Assembly (NCBI GenBank): GCA_950097015.1
Contig: CATNEN010000002.1
Coordinates: forward strand, 4,092,001 to 4,156,000
Source: Macrostomum hystrix
Taxonomy: Eukaryota > Animalia > Platyhelminthes
Direction: 5' to 3'
Length of the DNA stretch: 64,000 nucleotides
Every line of letters starts with the position of its first letter. The stretch's first letter is position 1. Both the position numbers and the translations under genes were made by a program. Below the pieces are notes generated by a model, which ran no database searches, was not told the DNA's origin, and saw only the letters and a list, made by a program, of their open reading frames with translations. Of the stretch, positions 48,229 through 61,147 are shown piece by piece.

Positions 48229-51200
48229 TCAATCAAAGTCCAAGTGCTTTCGCTTCGGCATATTGTCCTCCTCTGAAGTCACTTCTCTGGAATAGGGAAA
48301 CAGTGGTTGGATGGAGGGTTCAGTTTGACTTCAAAGGGCATAATTCCTTAAAATCACATTAATTTCTTAGCAAGTTTTCGAAAATCCTTAAACACCATCC
48401 CTAATTACCCAAAACATTCCCATTTCACTGTCCTAAACATCCCTATTGATAGTCCCTAATCCCTTTAGACAGTCCCTAATCCCTTTAGACAGTCCTTAAT
48501 ATCATAAGACAGTCCCTAATCCCTTTAGACAGTCCCTAATCCCTTTAGACAGTCCTTAATATCATAAGACAGTCCCTAATCCCTTTAGACAGTCCCTAAT
48601 CCCTTTAGACAGTCCTTAATATCATAAGACAGTCCCTAATCCCTTTAGACAGTCCTTAATCCCTTTAGACAGTCCTTAATATCATAAGACAGTCCCTAAT
48701 CCCTTTAGACAGTCCTTAATCCCTTTAGACAGTTCTTAATCCCTTTAGACAGTCCCTAATACCTTTAGACAGTTCTTAATCCCTTTAGACAGTCCCTAAT
48801 ACCTTTAGACAGTCCCTAATCCCGTACAACAGTCCTTAATCCCTTTAGACAGTCCCTAATCCCGTACAACAGTCCTTAATCCCTTTAGACAGTCCCTAAT
48901 CCCGTACAACAGTCCCTAATCCCTTTAGACCGTCCCTAATTCCGTACAAGTCCCTAATCCCATTAAACAGTCCCAAATTCTATAAAACTCGAGTTAACGA
49001 TTCCCCAACCAGTTGACTCATTTGATAAGTCCACACTCACTTTGCACTGATGGGCCTCTTACGCCCGACTCCGCCAGCGCTGGCGCTGGCGCCTCTGCTG
49101 CCACCGGAGAAATAAGCCGGGCCGTCTGGCGCGAAAGGTTTCAGCGGGCCCCGGTGCGGCACCCAGGTGAGCGGCTTGGAAAGGCTGGACTGCAGGTCGA
49201 ATTTGGGCCGTTTGGCTGCAAACAAAAATGACCGACCTAACAAGTTAGTGCGTTATCGCAGGCTATAGGTAAAAGTTGGGGTCAGTTTTTAGAAACAGCG
49301 GCAGCAGCATCAGCATCAGCAGCAGCAGCAGATTCAAATTGGAAATCTACGGACCGCACATAGTAGGGTTACGGGAGACAGATGATGGATGACAATAGCT
49401 GGCAGTTTTGAAGTCAGGTTAGACAGCTAGGAACAGGGCTCGCAATCATTCATCAAAACCGATGCATATGGACTGTAGGGCAGCAGTTTTGGCACTGACA
49501 CTCTTGGCAGTCGTTGCGTTGCAGTGAACGCAGTGCTATGTGTGTGAGTGTGCGCGCGAGAAAGTCATTTTTGACTGATCTGTGCGATGCGGCAAATGGA
49601 CGGTCTGCGAGCCGCTCATTCATCATCGGAGCTGGTTGAAGAAGCAAAGTCTGAAGGCTCCTTCAAGTTCCAATGCTGCAGGAAAACAAGAATCAAGCAG
49701 CCTAACTACCTTGCTCTTCAAACACGGGAGGCAGAACAGATTTGTTGCAAGGCATTGTTAAAGCAGTTGCTGGCTGTATTATATACACATTCTTTGACAA
49801 CCGAAGTGAAGCCACCGAGTGTCTGAATAGACCCCAAGTACTGATGGAATGCCAAGAACTATTGAATCTCATGGTCGTGCAGCTTATCTGAAGGCGATTA
49901 AACTAGGACAACCTTTTGAGCCATTGAAGCACAGATGCAGGGATCCGTTGAAGTGGGCTGGGAAAGTCGGATTCCAGCGTAGAAAATAAACCATTGCCAA
50001 GTGTAGCTCGTCTGCTACAGTTCTAGTGCAAAGACACTTCAAGTGCTGCCAAGGAACAGCCGCAGCTATTGAAAGGCGCTTCAGAACGATGCGTACAACT
50101 GTTCAGTCCATGGACTTATGGACGCCACACCCATCCTTAATTACCCTGCAACACAAACAGCTCAATGATCTGAAGCAATGCACAGTTAAGTCTTGCTATA
50201 GGTGACAACTCGTTCCAGCGGAGTCGTGAATCGAACCCCCATTGGGTTTATAGTATTAAAATATACCCAAGAGTTGCCTTCGCATATAGAGGAGCAGAAG
50301 GGCATTATCATAAAGTTCACGGAGGGCGCGGGTGTCTTAACTATCCCCAGGGACTGAGATTCGAACTCCAGACCGCACGATTACAGGAATCTGAATGTTC
50401 AAACCGCAGGAATACAAGCTGCCTACAGAGATAGGCGGGGCAGTCACTCACAGCCAGAGCCAGGTGTGTAAGCGCTGCGGCAGACGTGCGTTCTGACGGA
50501 GCCTGGACTAGCCAAGGCCAGCGGCTGCAGCGGCGTAGACGGAGGCGGCGGCGGTGGCGGCGGCGGGCTGGTCTGCGTGACAGCGGCCCGTCCCTGCGGT
50601 GTGGAGGTGACCTGGCGAGTCTCGAGTTGAGCTCGGCTGATGACTGGCTGGCTGAGCAGGTAGGTGGCCCTGGCAGCTTTGCGGGCCTGATAGTCGGCCA
50701 GGGACTCCTGAAGTCTGGCTGCGTTGCGCGCGTGAATGGCGGCAAAGTTTGGCGCGGAGCTGCCAGTTTTGACGGCGGCCGTAGCCGGAAGAGCAGCGAC
50801 TGAAGCTGCCGAGTCTGCGTCATCTTCGACAACGTAGAAGCAGGAGTGGGCACTGTGCTGGCTCACCTGGCCAGGTGAGTAGTCTGACGGCTGCGCGTTC
50901 TCCTTCTGGCTGTCGTTGATTTGGTGACGCGGAGACTCCGGCGCCATGGCGCTGTCGTCGGTTAGGAGGGACGAGGCGACAGCTGCATTTTCAGCGGCCT
51001 CACTGGCAACCGATGCCTGCTCGGCCTCTTTAACGTTCTTAGACAGTCTTGAAACGCCGTCAGCTGTCACATCAGCCTTGACAGCTATCACATCATCCTT
51101 GTCAGCTGTCATATCGACCTTGTCAGCTGTCACATCAGCCTTGTCAGCTGTAACATCAGCCTCGTCAGCTGTCATATCGACCTTGTCAGCTTTCATTTCA

Positions 51201-51940
51201 GCCTTGTCAGCTGTCATATCAGCCTTGTCAGCTGTCATATCAGCCTTGTCAGCTGTCATATCAGTCTTGTCAGCTGGCACATCAGCCTTGTCAGCTGTCA
51301 TATCGACCTTGTCAGCTTTCATATCAGCCTTGTAAGCTGTCCTATCAGCCCTGTAAGCTGTCACATCAGCCTTGTCAGCTGTCACACCAGCCTTGTCAGC
51401 TGTCACACCAGCCTTGTCAGCTGTCACATCAGCCTTGTCAGCTGTCATATCAATCTTTTCCGGTGGCATATCGGCATTTTCTGCTGTTTTGTTGGTCTTG
51501 TGAGAAGTGACGACATCATTTCTAGATGTTAAACCAGCATTGTCAGCTGTCATTTCAGTTTTGTCAGCTGTCATCTCAATCTTGCTAGCCAATTTAGGAT
51601 AGAAATTTTCCTCAGCCGAGTCCTCTGAGATTCGCTTTGAAGCTGATGGCTGCGGAGGCGATTTCAAGGGCCGATTTCTACCGCCGAATTTTTTAGCCCC
51701 ACCTCGACGAGTGGCGCGACTTCCAGACGGTGACGTGTCTTGACCCTCAGCATCAGCAGGCGCTGCATCCGCTGCTTCGGCTGACTCGGCGGCCAAGGCC
51801 AGAGCAATCTGGCTTGAAAAGACTTGCAGAGAGTCGCGCAACTTGCAAGCCTTGCGTCGCCCTTTAACGCCGAAATGCTTGGCCCAACGACGCAGTTCGG
51901 CGTAGCTCAGGCTCGACACCAAATCGCTTTCAGACGACAT
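48229..51940 (-). CDS. NUSAP1: Nucleolar and spindle-associated protein 1 (NuSAP/Mink) homologue
   Basis: Exons 51940-50452, 49215-49041, 48286-48229; phases match. N-terminal SAP-like SLSYAELRRWAKHFGVK; PNFAAIHARN..QESLADYQARK (cf. PNFKKLHE..MESID.Y..RK); KFDLQSSLSKPLTWVPHRGPLKPF (cf. [23 protein letters not shown]). Confidence 0.85.
48445..48965. repeat. 20-bp intronic array (AGACAGTCCCTAATCCCTTT)n
   Basis: About 26 units in the last NuSAP intron. Confidence 0.96.
50040..50412 (-). mobile_element. tRNA-headed SINE-like element, family B (NuSAP intron 1)
   Basis: The - strand reads GGTCTGGAGTTCGAATCTCAGTCCCTGGG (B box); the body is shared with 11145-11320 and 29050-29150. Confidence 0.6.
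51058..51455 (-). repeat. In-frame 21-bp coding repeat (ADKADVT-type heptads, about 18 copies) inside NuSAP exon 1
   Basis: Continuous ORF 50444-51958 with conserved NuSAP motifs on both sides of the repeat. Confidence 0.9.
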
Positions 51941-52479
51941 GCCTGAAATCAGAAACATTGATCAGAAACTAATTTAGCTTTTCACACAAAATGATTAAAT
52001 ACGCACCATACACTACCTGTGAGTAGGAGTAACTAAATTTTACTAGAATAAATAATAAAAACACTTAAAAGCCACACAGAAAGAAAGTATTTTTTCAATG
52101 AAATCAAGCAGCTCAAAGCAGCTTATATTTAATTAAACAAATGAACAACACAACGAAGATTTTGAAATTAAACAAGCAATAAATAGCCTCATTAAAAAAC
52201 AACTTCAGAAAAGCGCAAACATTTTTGTCATTAAAATTTAATACAAAAAACTCCGTTTATCAATCAAACTAAAAAAAGCGACGAGCAGACACAGGTAAGA
52301 TCAGCAGTTATTGTGTGACCGATTTAAACACGCCTAGAAGCAAGCGTAGGAATCGCATGCAGAAATTAGGGCGTGCATTACAGCAAAGATAAGCACCTTA
52401 AATGGCAGATCCATGAGTACAAAGCTGAGCAGTAATATGTTTTTGTATTATATGGAAGCAGTCTGATAAAAGTCACTAA

Positions 52480-53112
52480 TCACCTAATCATCTAATCATC
52501 TAATCACCTAATCATCTAATCACCTAATCACCTAATCATCTAATCACCGAATCATCTAATCACCGAATCATCTAATCACCGAATCATCTAATCACCGAAT
52601 CATCTAATCACCTAATCACCTAATCATCTAATCACCGAATCATCTAATCACCTAATCACCTAATCATCTAATCATCTAATCACCTAATCATCTAATCACC
52701 TAATCACCGAATCACCTAATCATCTAATCACCGAATCATCTAATCACCTAACCATCTAATCATCTAATCACCGAATCATCTAATCACCGAATCATCTAAT
52801 CACATAATCATCTAATCACCTAATCATCTAATCACCGAATCATCTAATCACTTAATCACCCAATCATCTAATCACCTAATCATCTAATCACCTAATCATC
52901 TAATCACCTAATCATCTAATCATCTAATCACCTAATCATCTAATCACCTAATCATCTAATCACCGAATCATCTAATCACCTAATCAGTAGTGAAATAAAG
53001 CTAATCACCTAATCATCTAATCACCTAATCACCTAATCATCTAATCACCGAATCATCTAATCACCTAATCATCAAATCACCGAATCATCTAATCACCTAA
53101 TCATCTAATCAC
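52480..53112. repeat. 8-bp array (TAATCACC/TAATCATC/GAATCATC)n
   Basis: Read directly from the sequence. Confidence 0.96.
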
Positions 53113-53964
53113 CGCCACTAACAAAACCTAAAAAAGCTTCGAAAAAACAACCAATGAGATCGTAAAAAACCGGACATTAAACTTATATAAAAAAATGTAA
53201 AACGGGATCCTAAGCGTTACAAACTTATTAAAAACACGGAAGACTGCGTAGCGACAAAATTATTCGATTGTCTTACAAGTATAAGAAAAGAAGTCAGCAG
53301 CATCGGAAGTAAAGTGACAAACTGTCATACAAACACGATTATTTTTAACTTGACTTCTTGCCGATATGTAGCGAAAGCTATAAGTTTAGTAGTAATAAAG
53401 CAAAAATTGACAGACACTACTGGCAGTAGGCGCATCAAACAAAACTGCGAATTTATTTAAAAGAGTGACGCAAATATTTTTTAAGCTTCCAGCTGTTAAA
53501 ATAGTTACGAATTATAAATCACTACTTCATTAGACACCAGCAGGCTAATAAAACTGTACTTACTTAATACTTCGAGTAATAAGTACACAGATCGAAAAAT
53601 AAATAAACAAAATAGTGCTCATTTACTACAATCATACAATTATCGCTGTTACAGTGTTGACTTAGTCATGCTTTAGAAGCTAAAATGGGACAATTTACTG
53701 AAGTTTAAAGTTAGCACAATAAAGGACAGCTAAAGGATTTTAATCAATTTTAAACACAACAAAAACTGCGTCAACAGCCATTTCTGTTAGAAATTACTGA
53801 TTAAAAATTATGACCAAACAATTAGATCATTTTGGGAGGCGGTAACAAAAGTTACACAATACCGGGTCACGAGAAAACTTTGAGCTATGACCAATGATAG
53901 TCACTTATTGAGGTCAGCTTTGGGCAATAACCATATGGAATCAATAATTTTATGACTTATGACC

Positions 53965-54500
53965 AATAATTATGATTTATTGTTGTTAAGGCCAGGCCTA
54001 TGACCAATAATATGACTTATTGTTGTTAAGGCCAGGCCTATGACCAATAATTATGACTTATTGTTGTTAAGGCCAGGCCTATGACCAATAATATGACTTA
54101 TTGTTGTTAAGGCCAGGCCTATGACCAATAATATGACTTATTGTTGTTAAGGCCAGGCCTATGACCAATAATTATGACTTATTGTTGTTAAGGCCAGGCC
54201 TATGACCAATAATTATGACTTATTGTTGTTAAGGCCAGGCCTATGACCAATAATATGACTTATTGTTGTTAAGGCCAGGCCTATGACCAATAATTATGAC
54301 TTATTGTTGTTAAGGCCAGGCCTATGACCAATAATATGACTTATTGTTGTTAAGGCCAGGCCTATGATCAATAATATGACTTATTTTTGTTAGGGCCAGG
54401 CCTATGACCAATAATATGACTTATTGTTGTTAAGGCCAGGCCTATGACCAATAATATGACTTATTGTTGTTAAGGCCAGGCCTATGACCATTAACATGAC
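53965..54500. repeat. 40/41-bp tandem array (TTGTTGTTAAGGCCAGGCCTATGACCAATAATATGACTTA)n
   Basis: About 13 units. Confidence 0.96.
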
Positions 54501-54805
54501 TCATTGTGTTTAAAGATGGGCTAATGACCAATCATGATGACCCATCGAGTTGCCATTTAAGGCCATGACCAATTAGAGTGAAATCGTCCTAGTCAGAATG
54601 AGGGCTATGACAAATAGTAGCGACACGCTGGGCTCAGGGTGAAATAAAGCTATAACAAAATGATCCATCGCAATCGAGGTAGGTCAATGACCAACTGATT
54701 ACAGGTTACTGAATGACAATCCAAGTAGAAAAATAAAACCCTCATTGTATTGTTGGTTACGAATCAAACTGCAATGACAGTGAATGTAACGAATCCCAAC
54801 AGTGC

Positions 54806-57800
54806 TCACAGGTGAGTGAGCCGAGGCGGAGCTGGTGTGCTCATCTTGAGCAGCTGATCCAGGCAGTCTGAGCTGCGCGGACAGAGCAGCGACTCTGGCG
54901 AGTTGTCATTCGCCCCAGACGATGCGGCACTAGCCGAGGAAGTCGAAGAGAACAGGCCGCCAAGCCGATGCTTGCGAATCTTCACCTTGCCGGCCAGGGT
55001 CAGCGGGTTCGGAGCACGCAGCTTGGCCGCGTGGGTGTCGGCGCCGACTAGGGCGACGAAATTCGACGACAGGTGGCGACGGAGCAGCGACTTCTCGGCC
55101 GGAATAGACAGCAGGGCGGCCAGCAGGTCGCAGGTGAAGCGCGGCTCGAGGGCCAGTAAGGCGCCATGTACACCGGAGCCGCGCAGGTTGACAGCGTATT
55201 CGGCGAGGTCGGCTTGACGGAGCCACTCCATCACCTGCGGGGTGAGATTTTGGTGGTTATAGAGATCTATGGAGTTAGATTTTGGTTGTTATAGAGATCT
55301 ATGGGTGAGATTTTGATGGTTATATAGATCAATGGGGTGAGATTTTGATGGTTATATAGATCAATGGGGTGAGATTTTGATGGTTATAGAGATCTATGGG
55401 GTGAGATTTTGATGGCTATATAGATCTATGGGGTGAGATTTTGATAGCTATAGAGATCTATGGGATAGTTATTCATGGCAAAATATTATTATAATAACTT
55501 CTGGACAGAGATAAACAGGAAACCAAAGGAATATTGGAGCCAATGAAGTCACCTGGTGACTGGTCCACCTGTTCAGGTCGGCGCTAGTCCCAGCCCGCCT
55601 GACCAGGGCGTCGAGTTGCCAGTCAACCATTCGCATGACTTGAATGCCTCGCTTGAGGCTGTGCGCGTGCAGCTGGCTGGTGATGCGCAGAGTCTGCATG
55701 TCGGCCAGGCGCAGATTGTCTAACAGAATCGGATCGGCAGCCGCGGCAGCGAATGCGTCAGTGTGCTGGCGAAGGCCTAGATCGTCCAGCCAGCGAGCCA
55801 CATTGAAGTCCGGCCTTTGATAGTTAAGGTAACGGATGTAATCGGACATTTTTCCCAGGACTAAGATTCGAACACCAGACCCTCGCTAGGATTAGAAACA
55901 GACCTCGGCAGCTATTAGTTCAAAGGGCGGAGAATTTTGATCCATATGGTGGACTTTCACAAAAATCGGTCATTCGGTTTGGGAGCTGTTGCGAAGAAGG
56001 CAGCGGGTATTTGAAATATCCCGTGGTCTATCTACTGTTTAGGGCCAACAATCAAACTCCAGACTTCAAACACTGGCAAAAAACTCCCTATAAAAAACCT
56101 CAGATAGTCGTCAAGGCAGCCGCCTCTAGTCTCCAAGTCGATGGCAAGCCGCAGTTTTCGTAGGTGCAGCGGATGGCGCAGCTGCAGGCTCCTGTCCAGC
56201 TCCTTGTCGCTGCTAGACAGCAGTCGGGCTCCGCGCCAACCGTCGGACACAACGGCTGTGACGTACATGTCGAGGCGGAGGTCGGCGAACCAGCGGGCCA
56301 GCCGATGCGAGTCCCACTGGGCGAAGGCCGCGCCCGTTGGCGACAGAGGCGCCGACAGAAGGCGAGGCGGCGATGCTACGGCTACGCCGGCTGCTGAAGT
56401 CGACGAAGCTCCGGCAGCGCAGTTGCCGCCGACAGTTGACCGCAAGTTTCCGCCTCGCTGAATACCACCGCTTCTAGTATTGCTGCCTTTCTTCCAGCGC
56501 ATCGAGGCCACGAACTTTCTGAAGCCGCCGCCACCGCCGCGACTGCTTGGCGCCGAGGTCGGCAGCGGACGGAGCATCATCTGGCGACGCCTGGCTTCGG
56601 CCTCAGCAGCGGCTGCTTCAGCAACACTGACGCTGTTATTGTTATTGCCGCTGCTTGTAGTTGTGTCTGGCGCTACGAACGTGTTAGACGGACTCGAGGC
56701 TGGTGAGGTCTGAGCAGCAGCAGCAGCAGCAGCAGCTGAGCCGCTTTGTCGCTGAGGCTGAGGCGTTGAGAAGTACGATCCATCGGCTGCATTGATATAG
56801 GTTGAATTAGGTAAAGTGAAAGTCACATGACTGACCAGCAAAAAAACGTAATTTGTAATTAATGTGACCAGATAGAGTGATCATACTTTTAACAGAGTTG
56901 ATACAGAAAGATAGAATGAGGGGGTGAGTGGGAGAGCGGCTAACGCGTTTGCCTCTTGCACCAAGGTCCCTGAGCTCGATTCCGCGGCGAGGCCACATTT
57001 ATTTGGGGCGCAGCCGCGGAGAGAAGGCTAACCCTCTTGCGATGAGGAAGTCAGGTGTACACTTGTCTGATGTACACTTCCGTGTGCCTTCGTACAGTAT
57101 CTGTGTGCGTGTGCCTCCAAAATTGCCTACAAAACGGGCAGGGTCTAGTGTCACCAAATGATGTGCCATTGCCCGTAGCCCTCCTGCAAATTATTATTAT
57201 TAAAGCAGAATGAGAAGGTAGAAAAATCTTAAAAGTTCAGTAGTCTCACAGTAGCCAGGAAAGCTTCTATCGGACTGGGTGGCAGAACTAGCTGGCATGC
57301 CGTGAACCATGGCTGTGGGTTTCTTAGCGCCTGTATCAGCGGCAACAGAAGCAGCAACAGCAGCAGCAGACGAAGAGGAGACTGCATTTTCTCTGGCATT
57401 GCTACTAGAAGAAGGTAGCCGAGGGCTCTTGGAGGTTTTAAGCTGATCGAGTTCGAGTCGCAGACTAGCAAGTTCAGCCCTGAGGCTGGCATTCTCAGAT
57501 TCCAGCTCAACAACTCGACGCTTCAAATCGACCCCAGTTGCAGGCACGGGCGATGATGGCGGAAGTTCATGCGCCAACTGGCGAACAAATCTGGCATTCT
57601 CGGCGCCGGCGGCCCGGAAAATGCCGCGCACATCGGACAGGTCTGTCATGCAGGACCGCAGCTGGTCCAGCAGTTCCAAGGCTTTAGTCGGCTGATCCGT
57701 TGGAGGCTGCTGACTGCCGGCGAATGTTGTCGACGAAGTTGGCACATCGTCTAGACTGTCGGACATCAAATCCTCCAGTGTGGAAGTCAAATATGCGTTG

Positions 57801-57916
57801 CCCTGATTTGAAGGCAGAGCAGTGCCGCCGCTGTTACCATGGTTTCCATTGCTGTAGAACTGCTGGCTATAAAACTGATTGAGCTGATTCTGAGAGGCCG
57901 GGTTTGACATTGCCAT
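54806..57916 (-). CDS. PPFIBP: Liprin-beta-like triple-SAM scaffold protein (kazrin is the less likely alternative)
   Basis: Exons about 57940/57916-57250, 56786-56099, 55814-55553, 55234-54806; phases match. SAM1 FAQWDSHRLARW..HPLHLRKLRLA; SAM2 VARWLDDLGL..LHAHSLKRGIQV; SAM3 VMEWLRQADLAEYAVNLRGSGVHG..LEPRF..LLRRHL. The 5' and 3' ends are uncertain. Confidence 0.85.
55242..55463. repeat. 32-bp intronic array (GAGATTTTGATGGTTATATAGATCTATGGGGT)n
   Basis: About 7 units abutting the acceptor at 55235. Confidence 0.93.
55852..55915 (-). mobile_element. Family B tRNA-like head fragment
   Basis: The - strand reads GGTCTGGTGTTCGAATCTTAGTCCTGGG, matching 50345-50385. Confidence 0.5.
56921..57202 (+). 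mobile_element. Apparently full-length family A SINE-like element (tRNA head, TTA tail), antisense in a liprin-beta intron
   Basis: GAGAGCGGCTAACGCGTTTGCCTC..GGTCCCTGAGCTCGATTCC head; (TTA)4 tail; homologous to 5093-5440 and 33345-33426. Confidence 0.75.
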
Positions 57917-58871
57917 TTCGATTCTGTCAGCCAGGAATTCTTAGCTAGCTGAAAATAAATAAAACAACAATTATATCCGGGAATTACAAACTGAATATGC
58001 ATGTTCTCTAAGACTTTATAATACAAATAAAATTGGGCTCTTGTATTTGACTGGTAGTAACTTATGACATCAGTTTAAAACAATCGAGGTCATGAGTTCG
58101 AACTTCAATCAAAAGGAAGCAATTTATATATGAACATCAACTTAATTACTTGTACTGTACAGTTGTACAGTCATCATATTGTCTATCATAGCTGACAACT
58201 ATAATAGATAAAATGTCAAATGAAGATTCAAAAATTGTATTACTTCCAAATTTTCTTAGGTTTCTTTAATTTTACTATAAATATTATTTTGTCACTGCAA
58301 TATTTAGAATGGCTATAGAAAAAATGTAAATATTTCTACTTATATAAGTGAATATCACTAACTTGAAGCCTAGCCGCTGTCTTGGCTAGGCCCTATATGG
58401 CAAAGTTAGTGATAAAGAGTGAAAGTATATGTAAAATCTTATATATATATATTTAAAGCTAAAAATTATTTTACAGCCTATTGGCTAATCTCACCTTACC
58501 AAGGAGCTTATAGAGTGACTGTTCACTGTCATAGAAATCACAGGTGATTGAATATTTGTCCTGACTATAAAACCAAATAAACTTTTGTACAAAAACAAGA
58601 GCTCAAAATCAAAAGAAGAAATAACTAGGCCCTATACATTATAAAATGGCCAAGACTCTCAATGTAACTTTTATATTTAAAGTTTATGTACAGATGCCAT
58701 ATATGCAGCTGAAAGTGAAATGAAGGCCCAGCAAATTAAGTCCCTAGTTGTAGTTGCAACAATTGACTGACTTAAGTCAAAATAAATCAAAGAGACCAAG
58801 GGACAAATATGGGAAAAGAAAGTGCAAAGAGAGTGAAAAAACCATTGAGAATAAGGATGTGATGCTATTCC

Positions 58872-59344
58872 GGCAATGTTCTACTTCCGTTTGTTATATT
58901 ATTTTTTGTTTGCAAACGACCGATAACGACAAAAACAAGTTTAACGGTAACAAAAAGTCAGTAGTTTGGTCAGACAGTTCTGAAAAGTCTTGGTCAGTCT
59001 TTCTTCTTTCAAACCGGGTAATAGTGCCTAATCCAGTAGAGGAGGGCACCGAAGCTATTCTTGGGGTATAGACAGCGCCATAAGAATTCTTCGAGGTGGC
59101 TTTCGAATAGAGCAGCACTCGTGCCATGCATTTGACATAGCTTGGCCTTCGCAAAATCTTCAGCTGCAGAATTTCTGTGCCTTAGCTTCCTGTTCCCCCA
59201 TATTTGCCAGATTTTGCCATAGACATAGATCCAAGTGTCAAGTCACGGCAAAGCCACATCAGCACAACTTTTCAAACTCAGAATGCACGTGTGGCACGAA
59301 TTTAAACGAAAAAATAATATAACGAACGGAAGTAGAATATTGCC
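58872..59344 (-). mobile_element. Non-autonomous Merlin (IS1016/IS1595-like) DNA transposon, 473 bp, with transposase remnant
   Basis: Exact 8-bp TSD GCTATTCC (58864-58871 and 59345-59352). TIRs of about 40 bp start GGCAAT (2 mismatches in the first 36 bp). An internal - strand frame reads AKAKLCQMHGTSAALFESHLEEFLWRCLYPKNSFGALLYWIRHYYPV*, typical of the ISXO2/Merlin C-terminus. Confidence 0.88.
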
Positions 59345-61147
59345 GCTATTCCATTATATTATTCTATGTACTATTCTATATTGTTATAATCCTATTATAT
59401 TATATTATTCAATTTTTTGTGTTTTATTTAAATGGAAGCAAATTTTAGTATTTTTATAGCCGAAACATCCCAAGCTATTTAAATTGCAACATCAACAATA
59501 TGAGAAATATGAAACAAAAAGAAACTAACTAAGTAAAAGTAAAAGAAACCTTAGTCCAAAAAATTCTAAATATATTTATTTATTTATAAAACTTTTTTTT
59601 TAATCTAAAACCTAAATTCGTGTTAGGCCCTAAAAACAAAACCTAGACAATGTTATTATTATAATTATAAATAAATAAATATAGTAAGTCCTGCCTATAT
59701 TAGTTACTGCTATCTAAAAAATCATGCGTATATTAATTTCAAGCAGCCACCAAACAAAACAAAAAAAATGCGAAATATTTAAAATGCGACCTAAATGAAT
59801 GACGTACTTTCCTAATATGGATATGCTGTGTTGACAATCAAATACTAAGCTAAGCTTGACTTTTAAGTTGGCTTTTTAGTTTAAGTAAGTAAGTCTACAA
59901 AGAAGTATAATAAAACTATAAACATTAAAGTAATAAACAAGGTTGACAATACATTTTCAAGTGATAACTAGTCATACGTGTTTAAGTGTAGATCAGTTTT
60001 GACGGGCTCAAAATTTGTCATGTTTTCTGAAATTTAAAAGCACGAGAAAAAATAAACAAAAAATAACTAACAAACGCGCAGGTAACAGGCTCTTTTATTA
60101 GAAATAAAAATTGAATCACCTGAGATGTTAAATATTTTTCAATTGTGTAGTCTATATTTTTGTAGAAATAGAACTGAAAATTGCTTGCCTTACTTTGCCT
60201 TTACTTTTTTCTTGCAAGGTAAATTTACTTAATTCTTTTTTATCATCGTCTAATATTTTGCCTTTTCTATTCAGAATAAGATATATCTCGTCAATCTTAA
60301 GATATCTATAAAGGAGTGACGAGGTCACGAACTTTCTGTATTCATGTAGATTGTAGAATATGCTGCAATAACATGCAAATGTTATCTCGTAAAGCGTTGC
60401 ATCTGATTTGCTGCGTCCTAATAAAAATGCAGTAAAGTTATTTTTGGAGGGCTCTGAGGCGCTGGCGAGTTATATTTAGGGACAGAAGACCCTTTCAGCT
60501 AGCAAAGGAAGGTTCGCCGATCCCGCTACATTCCTATAGGCACACACGCACACGATTATTCTGTTCTCTGCACGCTGCAGGCGCACATTCACAGAGGGTT
60601 GTAAATCTGTCGCGTCAGGCAGTGTATCAGACATCAGGCTGCACTCGAGGTAAAAATTGCACAATTTAAGCCCCAAATTAAGCCTTTTCTATGCGGCTGC
60701 GCCCGAGATTAACGTGCACCTTTGCTGCGAAATCTCAGGAATGTTGTACGAGAGGTAAACTGACTCTGGAATGTTTAGCATTTGTAAAAAATCTGGACCT
60801 TCATGGTACTCAATTTGCCGAGAAGCTTAATGGAATTATAATTAGTTATTATATAAATCATAAATCCGTATTATAAATCCGTATTTCTTGCTTACTTCGC
60901 GATGACAAGTAATACGTGTCCTTTATTTAAACCACGTTAAAAATGGTTAAAACTTTACTTAAAACTCTTTAAGTAGATAGATTCCGTAGTTCACGAAAAA
61001 ACTTTTTTATGTTAAGATTCGAGAGTTATTATTTTAACCTGATTGTAGGATATAAAATGTTTAGACATCTTTCATTAACGGTAGTTTATGTTAACAATCG
61101 TTCACTACGGCCAGATAAGCATGCCAGGCTCTGAGAGTATAGCCTCA

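Noticed and set aside
58894-59154. 86-aa ORF as a liprin-beta 5' exon
   Set aside because: It lies inside the Merlin element; the meaningful frame is the overlapping transposase remnant.
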